From: Polyangiales bacterium
Lineage (GTDB): Bacteria > Myxococcota_A > Polyangia > Polyangiales > Houyiibacteriaceae
NCBI GenBank assembly: GCA_045106895.1
Contig: JBGCFM010000203.1
Span: forward strand, 1-14,375
Reading direction: 5' to 3'
DNA length: 14,375 nt
Below are positions 7,380 through 14,375 of the stretch, in pieces. The first letter of the stretch is position 1. Each line of letters starts with the position of its first letter. The position numbers were made by a program, and so were the translations under genes. The notes under the pieces were generated by a model. That model was not told the DNA's origin, ran no database searches, and saw only the letters and a list, made by a program, of their open reading frames with translations.

Positions 7380-10300
7380 GGAAGGTCCGCCGCCCATGTC
7401 CGCATCAGCACCGGCGTCGCCGCCCGCGCCAGCGTCGCCGGCCATTGCATCGACGCTCGCGTCTCCAGCTCCTGGTCCAGCGTCTGGGCCAGCTGGAATC
7501 TCGCACTCAAGAGGCGTCGCCGCCGTCACCGGGGAGCCGAACGGCAACTCGGTTTCGTAGTTACCCGTGTTCTGGTTGTCGTGTCGGAACTCGGGCCATC
7601 CGATGCTTCCATCCGCCTGTCCTTCAGTGTCGAAGACGTAGAGGTAGCCGGAGCGTGTCGCGACGACGATCTCAAGCAGCCCGTCGCCATCGACATCACC
7701 GCTCGCCACCGAAGAGATGACCCAGCCGCCGACGAACTTCGGGAAGCCCGGCGCTTCTCGGCCGCAGCCGTCCCATGCATGGATCCAGTACCCGCCGGAG
7801 CCGGCGATGATCTCCGGGTAGCCGTCGCCGCTGACATCCGCGGACGTTGGGTTGACGAAGAAGAGATAGTCTTCGATGCGCCGCGGGAAGCCAGGCATCA
7901 TTCCCCAGCTGGTCGCGCCGGGAGTCTCCGACACCGTCCAAGCGCCCATCATGTGGGAGAATGGCTTGTTCTGGTAACCGCCAGCGAGGTTCGCGGCGAG
8001 ACCGAGGCCAGCGCCTGCGGTCACATACTCCGGAATACCGTCCTGTGTCAGGTCGTGGAACGCGGCCCCAGCGAAAGTGCTGAAGAGAGGAGAGTCGAGG
8101 GGGTCCGTGATGTCCGTGAGAGGACCACGGTTGCCAGACGCCATCACGAAGAGAGGCTGGGCGGATTCACCAGGCTCGCGCTCAGGCTGAATGCCGTCGT
8201 AAATCGCCATGCGGCTCGCTGTGCCCGTGACGCCGAGCTCGACCATATCGTCGCCGTCGACGTCCGCCATGATGATGGGCGAGGTCGTGCCTCGGCCAAC
8301 CATTGGAAAGAGCTCGAGGGAGACGATCTTGATCGGCCAGTTGTCATGCTCGGGCCCGCCGTCGTGGAGATTGCCGTCGCCATGAAGGAGGTGAATCGCG
8401 CCACTGTTCGGAGACGAGCCGTATTCGTTCGAGCCGACAGAAATGTCGAGGATGCCGTCGCCGTCGGCGTCGCCAATGGCGGGCGAGGTCATGATGCGAC
8501 TCGGCTGGGCTTCTTCCACATTCACCCAAAGGACGGGGGCCACAACCTCCACGGGGAATCCTGGCTGAATCGACCCGTCGGCGCGGAACACGTGGAGCTG
8601 CCCATCGAAGCCTGCGATGACGATTTCCATAAGGTCGTCACCGTCGAGGTCCGCGAGGGCTGGGGAGGCGAAGATACCGCGCTCAACAATGCTGTCCTCG
8701 TTGGCGGGCCCTCCGCGACGCGTGTCAGCAGAGAGCACATCAGGAAGACCCACGGGGAAGCCTGCGAGAGAGGTGCCGTCGGGGTTGAGAACGTAGACCT
8801 CACCTTCCATCGTCGCGACGACGATGTTGAGACTTCCGTCCCCATCGATGTCGCCGATGGCCGCCGCGGCCATGATCGAGCTGGCGAGGTCGGCCGTTGG
8901 AATGTCGCCGCTCGCGTACGCCGCGCTGCCGGCGATACCGTCGGGTGCCATCTCCGTCTGACCACGGAGGGTGCCGAGCTGAACTGGGAATCCGGCAAGC
9001 TCAGTGCCGTCATCTTGGAACACGTGCAGGAGGCCGTCTGCGTCGCCGAAGACAATCTCTACGTCTCCGTCGCCGTCAAGGTCCGCAAGCTTCGGTGAGC
9101 TCTCGCCCGATGCCGCCTGGAACTCATCGCTGGCGTCGACGGTGCCGAGCGCGATGGGGAACGCTGGAAGCAGGCCGTCTTCAGGGACAATGTTGTAGGC
9201 GCGTCGCTGCTCGCCGATGACGTCACCGATCTCGCCGCCGTAGTGGGCTGTGACTCGGATGCGCACCGTCGCCGTGTAACGATTGTGGATGCCGCCCTCG
9301 TCGCCATTGTCCACGTCAAGGGTCGCGATGTCCCACGTGGTCAGGTCGCCATCGAGGCGCTCCGTGAGACCGCTACCCATGGCGATGGTGGTGAACTCTT
9401 CATTCGTCGGTTCGATGCCTGGAGCCCACTCGATGACGTAGTCGAAGTTCTCTGCGCGACGTGCGTCGATGGTGCCACGAATCGCGACACTGCCATCGCG
9501 AGCTGGGTAGAGGTTGCGGAACCAGTCAGGTCCAACGATGTCCACCTCGGGGGGGATGCGTCCTTCGTTGACGGCAAGGATCGACTTGTACGTGTTGATG
9601 CGGCCCCAACCAAAACGCTGGTCCCAGCCTTCGCTGCTCGAGTACCACTCGCTGTTGTAATCCGGATGGTCGGGGTCGCTCTCCGCGACCCAAATGTCGT
9701 CCGTCTCCATCAGCATGACCTGACGAAGTTCCTCCGCGCTAAGCGGTGGGTCGAGCGGACCGCCGGCGCGGTCAGCATCACGTGAAGCGCTGATGACGAG
9801 ACCTGCGATACCAGCGCCCACGCCGGTCGCTTCGGAAGAGCAGCCTGTACCGGGAGCGCTCGCCGCGAGCTGAGCGCCATAGTTCGTGCAGTTGTTGAAG
9901 GCGAGGAAGCTCGTCGACGTCTGCGGCTGAGGTCCAGCGTAGCGAATCGCGTGAATGTAGAGCGTGTGGTTCGCGGTGCCCGGCATGTTGTGGTGGTAGC
10001 TGTTCTCATCCGCCGCCGAAGCGATGATGAGCACGCCGTTATCATAGGCGTAGTCCGTTGCACGACGCATGAAGGTGGTGTGATTGATGGTGCCAAGCGC
10101 TTCCTGAATCACCGCCGCGCCACTGTCGGTGGAGAAGACAACGCCCTGGGCGTAGTCCTGGACATCAGCGATGAAGCTGTCGCCCACGCGAACCATAAGG
10201 ATGCGGCAGCTTGGGCAGAAACCAGCGCGGCCCTGGCCGTTGTTCGCTTCGGCAGCGCTCCAACGGGCCTCACCTGTACCGTGACCGAAGCGTGTGTCGT

Positions 10301-11051
10301 CGTTCGGGTCGTTGTCGTTCTGGTAGAAGTCCCAGCCGCTGATGTCATCGGCGTAACCGTTGCCGTCATCATCGACGTCATCCGAGCAGAAGGTGATGAG
10401 GTCACCGGGCTCGGCGACGCCGTTGTTGTTGCCCTTGGCGTCGATGCGCTCGCTCAGCGTTGTGGCTTCTGCGTCGCTCAGCCCGACGTACCAGTCACGC
10501 ATAGAGAGCGTGCCGTCGCCGTTGAGGTCAACGGGGTCTCCGGTGTGACCCGCGGGCGTCGTGGGAAGGCAGTCTGGGTCAAGGCCCGCGACCTCAAGCT
10601 CTGCGCGGTTGATGTGGTACTGATTGACGAGGTCGCGCTCGTCCCAGTTGATGCCGCTATCGAGGACAGCGATGACGACGCCTGGGTCACCGGTCGTGAC
10701 GGTCCACGCCATGTCGGTCCAAGTGCCCGCGCCAAGAGCGGACTCCTCGCTTCGCCAACCCTCTCGCGCTTCCGCTTCGCGGGGCGCCCACGACCACATG
10801 TTCCACTGGCCGCCGTTTTCGTTGTTCCAGCAGCGTCCGCCCTCGATGCACGTCGTACCGTCGCCGCGAACGTCATATCCGTACCCAGGATCGTCGGGCC
10901 AGTTCGCGGGATCGCGGAGCTCTTCCACGTTCGTGATCGCGCGGTTCGGCCAGGCTGCGTTCTGGGCTTCCGCCGTGGAGACGATGGCGGAGGAGAGGAG
11001 AAGAAAGCTTGAAAGCTGAACGAGGCTTCGCGAAAGCGATCGATATTTCAT
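7275..11051 (-). CDS. Secreted S8 (subtilase)-like serine peptidase with FG-GAP/VCBS repeats and MYXO-CTERM anchor
   Basis: Start reassigned to ATG 11051 (MKYRSL..., signal peptide ending AEA|Q). Catalytic motifs VIAVLDSG (Asp), HGTGEA (His) and GCSSEATGVGAGIAGL (Ser helix). Eight DxDGDG-type repeats with GFP/WP spacers. DAG linker and GGGCNC..hydrophobic..WRRRGR tail. Confidence 0.88.
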   Translation of the reverse strand: MKYRSLSRSLVQLSSFLLLSSAIVSTAEAQNAAWPNRAITNVEELRDPANWPDDPGYGYDVRGDGTTCIEGGRCWNNENGGQWNMWSWAPREAEAREGWRSEESALGAGTWTDMAWTVTTGDPGVVIAVLDSGINWDERDLVNQYHINRAELEVAGLDPDCLPTTPAGHTGDPVDLNGDGTLSMRDWYVGLSDAEATTLSERIDAKGNNNGVAEPGDLITFCSDDVDDDGNGYADDISGWDFYQNDNDPNDDTRFGHGTGEARWSAAEANNGQGRAGFCPSCRILMVRVGDSFIADVQDYAQGVVFSTDSGAAVIQEALGTINHTTFMRRATDYAYDNGVLIIASAADENSYHHNMPGTANHTLYIHAIRYAGPQPQTSTSFLAFNNCTNYGAQLAASAPGTGCSSEATGVGAGIAGLVISASRDADRAGGPLDPPLSAEELRQVMLMETDDIWVAESDPDHPDYNSEWYSSSEGWDQRFGWGRINTYKSILAVNEGRIPPEVDIVGPDWFRNLYPARDGSVAIRGTIDARRAENFDYVIEWAPGIEPTNEEFTTIAMGSGLTERLDGDLTTWDIATLDVDNGDEGGIHNRYTATVRIRVTAHYGGEIGDVIGEQRRAYNIVPEDGLLPAFPIALGTVDASDEFQAASGESSPKLADLDGDGDVEIVFGDADGLLHVFQDDGTELAGFPVQLGTLRGQTEMAPDGIAGSAAYASGDIPTADLASSIMAAAAIGDIDGDGSLNIVVATMEGEVYVLNPDGTSLAGFPVGLPDVLSADTRRGGPANEDSIVERGIFASPALADLDGDDLMEIVIAGFDGQLHVFRADGSIQPGFPVEVVAPVLWVNVEEAQPSRIMTSPAIGDADGDGILDISVGSNEYGSSPNSGAIHLLHGDGNLHDGGPEHDNWPIKIVSLELFPMVGRGTTSPIIMADVDGDDMVELGVTGTASRMAIYDGIQPEREPGESAQPLFVMASGNRGPLTDITDPLDSPLFSTFAGAAFHDLTQDGIPEYVTAGAGLGLAANLAGGYQNKPFSHMMGAWTVSETPGATSWGMMPGFPRRIEDYLFFVNPTSADVSGDGYPEIIAGSGGYWIHAWDGCGREAPGFPKFVGGWVISSVASGDVDGDGLLEIVVATRSGYLYVFDTEGQADGSIGWPEFRHDNQNTGNYETELPFGSPVTAATPLECEIPAGPDAGPGAGDASVDAMAGDAGAGGDAGADADMGGGPSGGGCNCRIGEGSTDTPLFAGIFLVLGMLWRRRGR

Positions 11052-11057
11052 CGTCGC

Positions 11058-11066
11058 ACTATGCCA
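11058..11066 (-). promoter_or_regulatory. Putative extended -10 element for a leaderless S8 transcript
   Basis: Minus strand TG-G-CATAGT, then 6 nt, then ATG 11051; no Shine-Dalgarno. Confidence 0.4.
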
Positions 11067-11141
11067 CGCCCACCCCCCGCACGACCGGACGAAGCTCACA
11101 CCACCGTCAGGAAGTGAGAGTCGACGGAAATGGATCGCGGG

Positions 11142-11957
11142 CTATCGCGCCGGCGCGACCATCGTTGGCTGGCAGTACATGCCGTCGCAGGTCCAATCGC
11201 CGGGGCAACCGAACTCATCGAGGCATGCCGCCCGGCACGTTGCCGGCTCAGCGCTGCTGCACGTGTCAGCCTCAGCGGTCTCACCGCGAGCGACACAGTC
11301 GACATCCTCAATACAGGTGATTCGATCGAGCGAGCGACGTAGCTGCGTGCATCCGCCGAGAGGTGGCTCGCAGACCCCGTCCCCAGTGTTGCAGACGTAC
11401 CCGGAAGCACAGTCCGCCTGCTCCACGCATGTCTCAAGGCACACGCGCTCGGTGAACCCACCCCGCAGCTCACACGAAAACCCATCGGCGCAGTCGTCGG
11501 TCGCGTTGCACGGCTGGCACGATTCGCCCTCGTTCATCACAACACATTCGCCTCGGGCGTAGTCGCAAATCGGCGCGTCGTCGCCGCATTGGCTGCCATC
11601 GAAGCAAGTGACACACGCGTCGGTGCGAAGATCACAGACCTCATCTTCCGCACATGCGCCATCGCAGGGCATGTCCGGCGTCCCCGCGTCGAACATCCCG
11701 GCGTCCACTCCGCGCCCCGTGTCGACGCAAACGCCGTCTTCACAAGTCTCGCGCGAAGAGCACTCGCTGTCGTTGTCACACGGGTCAAAACATCGGCCAG
11801 AGAGACAAAGCTGTCCATCTGGACACGGTCCCGGCGAGCCTTCGTCGCTGCAGACGGGTTCGAGGGGACGAACACGTTCGTCAAAGGTAGGGACGGAAGA
11901 ACATCCGCCGAGGCTAAGGACGCTGAGTGCGAGCACCCACGGGATCGTGCGCTTCAT
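11142..11957 (-). CDS. Cysteine-rich acidic lipoprotein (myxobacterial disulfide-repeat type), function unknown
   Basis: Lipobox LGG|C at Cys19. 35 Cys in total, with recurring CxxxxxC..C..C units (CDNDSEC, CNATDDC, CVEQADC, CIEDVDC) and a DAG linker. Confidence 0.85.
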   Translation of the reverse strand: MKRTIPWVLALSVLSLGGCSSVPTFDERVRPLEPVCSDEGSPGPCPDGQLCLSGRCFDPCDNDSECSSRETCEDGVCVDTGRGVDAGMFDAGTPDMPCDGACAEDEVCDLRTDACVTCFDGSQCGDDAPICDYARGECVVMNEGESCQPCNATDDCADGFSCELRGGFTERVCLETCVEQADCASGYVCNTGDGVCEPPLGGCTQLRRSLDRITCIEDVDCVARGETAEADTCSSAEPATCRAACLDEFGCPGDWTCDGMYCQPTMVAPAR

Positions 11958-12106
11958 GAGTCACAAGCCTAGAGCACATCGCCCAAATAAGCATGGTTGT
12001 TTTTGGGGGGTGTGGGGCTCGGAAGCCTGCAAGCGCGCACAAAGCGAGGCAGCAGAGTCGACAGGCTCCCGCTTAGAAGGGCTGCGAAGATGACGCGATC
12101 GAGACG

Positions 12107-12134
12107 TTGTCCCGCCCCAAAAGCGGGCTAGGGT
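12107..12134 (+). promoter_or_regulatory. Putative promoter for a leaderless DUF72-NFACT transcript
   Basis: TTGTCC-N16-TAGGGT-N5-ATG(12140); no Shine-Dalgarno. Confidence 0.45.
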
Positions 12135-12139
12135 CCGGC

Positions 12140-12796
12140 ATGTTTCGACTCTTTCCTGGGGCCCAGGTCGATCGCCCACCCTCCATCAAGTACGCCGCGG
12201 CCCTTCCCTTCGCGGAGCTCGTCCTCCCGAGCGCGCCGCCTCGGCCGGCCACTCTTGCCAAGTGGCGCGAAACGATGCCCGAGGCTTTTCAAGTCGCACT
12301 CGTCATCCCCAAGCGAATGGTCGTCTCGACCAGCGGGCCCTACCGCCCCTCGGATGAGCTGAACAAGGGGCTCAAATGGATCGCCGCGGCCCAGAAAGCC
12401 ACCGGCGCCCATCTCGTCCTTCCAAGCCACGGTCTGACCACCAGCGAGCGAGACCGCGGGCATTTCGAGCGTGTCCTCGAAACCCTTGGGAAGAGCGACG
12501 CCAACTTGGTCTTTGCCCCAGGTGGACTGTGGGAAGTGGAGCTCGCGGCACCTTTCTGTGAGAAAAACGGCATCGTTTGCGCGTACGATCCGCTTACGGA
12601 CGACTCCCCGGGCGGCGACCTCGTCTATGGCCGCGTGGCTGCGATCGGGGCCCGCCAGCGCTTCTCCGAGGGCCTCCTCGAGGACATCGTCGACGCCCTT
12701 GCAGACTCCGGCGGGACAACCGCGTATCTCGCCATCGAGTCGCCGCGCAGTTTTCGCGAGGCGCAAAATCTGGTGCGCGTAGCGAGCGGTGGCTGA
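12140..12796 (+). CDS. Divergent DUF72 (YecE-like TIM-barrel) family protein
   Basis: KYAAALPFAEL...PRPATLAKWRETMPEAFQVAL matches the DUF72 N-terminal pattern (Y..E..P..T..W...P..F); later W, DP and YxR motifs are also present. I prefer ATG 12140 over TTG 12107 as the start. Confidence 0.65.
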   Translation: MFRLFPGAQVDRPPSIKYAAALPFAELVLPSAPPRPATLAKWRETMPEAFQVALVIPKRMVVSTSGPYRPSDELNKGLKWIAAAQKATGAHLVLPSHGLTTSERDRGHFERVLETLGKSDANLVFAPGGLWEVELAAPFCEKNGIVCAYDPLTDDSPGGDLVYGRVAAIGARQRFSEGLLEDIVDALADSGGTTAYLAIESPRSFREAQNLVRVASGG

Positions 12797-14066
12797 GCAC
12801 GGGCACCGCCCGGGTGTTCCACTGGGGCGTATTCAGCGCGTCGATGGTCCTCAGCGAGGCGTTCTGTGTCTGAGCATTTACTCGGCGACGGAGGGCAGGT
12901 CTGTCCTGCTCTTCGACGAACGTGGCGTCCATCGCGCCGACAAGCGCCCTCACGGCGACGCCGCCGACGGGTTCGTTCAGCGGCTTCGCCGTCGCTATAC
13001 GGGAGCACGCCTCGTTGCCATTGAGCGTTCAGGTACACGCTTGCGCCTTCAACTTCAGACGAAGGAGCGCGTGGAGTTCTTGACGAGTGAAGGTGGAGGC
13101 CTCGTCGCGCGAGACGACGCGGGAAAACCCATCGCTGCCCGCCGGAGAAGCATCACGCGCAACTGGGGGGACGAGCGCTGGGCGCCCTACGACGGCTCCC
13201 CGCCCGTGTGGACCGCGGCAACGACGCAAGCGGAAGGAGCCGCCACGACGCGGCTTAAGGGTGCGCTGCGCAAACTCAAACGCACTCGGACCAAGGTCGA
13301 AGCGGAACTACGTCGTGCGGACAGAGCGCCCGTCATTCGACATGAAGCGGACCTCATCATGGCGAACCTCCACCAGCGAGTCGTCGACCAAACTCTCACA
13401 GTGGAGGACTGGCTCACGGGTGAGTCGCGAGAGCTCACCATCGACGGGAGCCCCCACGCGCACGCGGAGAGGCTCTACAAACGCGCGCGCCGATTCGAAC
13501 GCGGGGTTTCGCACAGCAAGCGACGCCTTGCCGAACTCGACGCCCAGCAAACCAGACTCAATGAGCTCGCCGACCGCCTCGAGGCAGGAACCAAAGAGGC
13601 GGAGCTTGGCCCACTCTTCGAGCTGGCGGGCATTCGCTTTGAGAGCAAGGCCGCGCGGGCTCGACATCAGGAGGCACGGCTGCCCTACCGCCAGTTTCGC
13701 ACCGCCGAAGGGCGGATCTTCGTCGGCCGCAGCGCTCGCGACAACGATGAGCTGACGCTTCGTGTTGCCCGCCCTGGTGACCACTGGCTTCATGTGCGGG
13801 GCCGCCCTGGCTCGCACGTAGTGGTTCCCCTCGGCAAGGGTCAGACGATTCACCCAGAGCTGCTCCTGGACGCGGCACATCTTGCTGCCCACTTCTCGCC
13901 AGCGAGCCAGGAGGACAGCGTGGACGTCGCTCACACAGAGCGACGCTACGTGCGAAAACGCCGAGGAACACCTGCCGGCAGCGTGTTCCTTGAGCGCGAG
14001 AAGACGATTCACTTACGGGTCCATGCCAGCCGCATCCGGCGGCTGCTCAGCCAAGAGATCCGATAG
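12789..14066 (+). CDS. rqcH: NFACT family protein (RqcH/Rqc2/FbpA-like) with C-terminal NFACT-R (DUF814) RNA-binding domain
   Basis: NFACT-R signature IFVGRSARDNDELT..ARPGDHWLHVRGRPGSHVVV..DAAHLAAHFS..VDVAHTERRYVRK..PAGSV. Coiled coil with EADLIMANL and SPHAHAERLYKRARR. NFACT-N-like GRIQRV..FVQRLRRRYTGARL. GTG start overlaps the upstream gene by 8 nt. Confidence 0.85.
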   Translation: MAEHGHRPGVPLGRIQRVDGPQRGVLCLSIYSATEGRSVLLFDERGVHRADKRPHGDAADGFVQRLRRRYTGARLVAIERSGTRLRLQLQTKERVEFLTSEGGGLVARDDAGKPIAARRRSITRNWGDERWAPYDGSPPVWTAATTQAEGAATTRLKGALRKLKRTRTKVEAELRRADRAPVIRHEADLIMANLHQRVVDQTLTVEDWLTGESRELTIDGSPHAHAERLYKRARRFERGVSHSKRRLAELDAQQTRLNELADRLEAGTKEAELGPLFELAGIRFESKAARARHQEARLPYRQFRTAEGRIFVGRSARDNDELTLRVARPGDHWLHVRGRPGSHVVVPLGKGQTIHPELLLDAAHLAAHFSPASQEDSVDVAHTERRYVRKRRGTPAGSVFLEREKTIHLRVHASRIRRLLSQEIR

Positions 14067-14085
14067 GGCCACACCAGGCGAGGTT

Positions 14086-14119
14086 AAATTAGGAAAGCCC
14101 CAGTCCAGAAGACTGAGGC
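14086..14119 (-). terminator. Intrinsic terminator of the histone-like gene
   Basis: Minus strand GCCTCAGTC-TTCTG-GACTGGGGC (9-bp stem, one U-G pair) followed by TTTCCTAATTT. Confidence 0.7.
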
Positions 14120-14127
14120 AATCCCAC

Positions 14128-14203
14128 GCGGCGTTTCCCGCACAAAGCTAGAGGCCCTGCATCAACCACCACCCTATGGGTGGCAGCGAATTAGAAACGC
14201 CGC
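14128..14203 (-). ncRNA. Candidate structured RNA element (three-way junction) in the 3' UTR of the histone-like gene
   Basis: Perfect 10-bp closing stem GCGGCGTTTC/GAAACGCCGC enclosing two hairpins that pair best on the minus strand. Confidence 0.35.
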
Positions 14204-14210
14204 CGAAGAA

Positions 14211-14375
14211 CTACTTCTTCTTGGCGGCCTTACGAGCTCGCTTCTTTGCAGGCTTCTTCGCTGCCTTCTTGGCTACCTTCTTTGCAGGCTTAGCCTTCTT
14301 CTTGGCTGCCTTCTTGGTGGTGCGCTTCTTCGCAGGCTTAGCCTTCTTGGCTGCCTTCTTAGCGGTGCGCTTCTT
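14211..14375 (-). CDS. C-terminal part of a histone H1-like Lys/Ala/Pro-rich DNA-binding protein (5' end outside the window; not in the ORF track)
   Basis: Manual translation: KKRTAKKAAKKAKPAKKRTTKKAAKKKAKPAKKVAKKAAKKPAKKRARKAAKKK*, with TAG at 14211-14213. Confidence 0.88.
   Translation of the reverse strand, partial: KKRTAKKAAKKAKPAKKRTTKKAAKKKAKPAKKVAKKAAKKPAKKRARKAAKKK

Noticed and set aside
7581..11012. Long + strand ORFs 7581..9098 and 9951..11012
   Set aside because: Antisense shadows of the S8/FG-GAP gene; their V/A/D/R-rich composition mirrors the sense codons.
11052..11099. 16-codon N-terminal extension of the S8 ORF in the ORF track
   Set aside because: ATG 11051 gives a normal signal peptide and has a -10-like box just upstream; the extension looks non-coding.
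12789..14066. 'Fibronectin-binding adhesin' annotation (FbpA/PavA)
   Set aside because: This is a legacy name for NFACT proteins. There is no signal peptide, and the family is established as a ribosome-associated factor.
14128..14203. tRNA (76-nt length) or hammerhead ribozyme (UGAUG..GAAAC) interpretation of the structured element
   Set aside because: There is no T-loop (TTCRA), D-loop or cloverleaf. The core reads UUGAUGC rather than CUGANGA, and GAAA is paired within the closing stem.

Overview
GC-rich bacterial window, almost certainly from Myxococcota (Polyangia/Sandaracinaceae-like). This is inferred from a MYXO-CTERM sorting signal, Asp-Ala-Gly linkers, a Cys-rich lipoprotein and the kinase/FHA content. 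Left to right: (1) a phosphosignalling module of two paralogous double-zinc-ribbon + tandem-FHA genes (- strand) flanking an oppositely oriented, tail-anchored Hanks-type Ser/Thr kinase that has its own zinc ribbon; (2) three co-oriented - strand genes for exported proteins: a 1326-aa TPR/HEAT solenoid with a Met-rich (MRTG)n N-terminus, a subtilase-like S8 protease with an unusual active site, FG-GAP repeats and MYXO-CTERM, and a 35-Cys lipoprotein; (3) a coupled + strand pair: a degenerate DUF72 protein and a shortened NFACT/RqcH-like protein; (4) the 3' end of a histone-H1-like Lys/Ala/Pro-rich gene, followed by a structured 3' region and an intrinsic terminator. Four genes appear to have -10 boxes 5-8 nt before their start codons and no Shine-Dalgarno, suggesting leaderless mRNAs. 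I see no rRNA, tRNA, CRISPR array or mobile element. All family calls come from motif recognition by eye, not from database searches.
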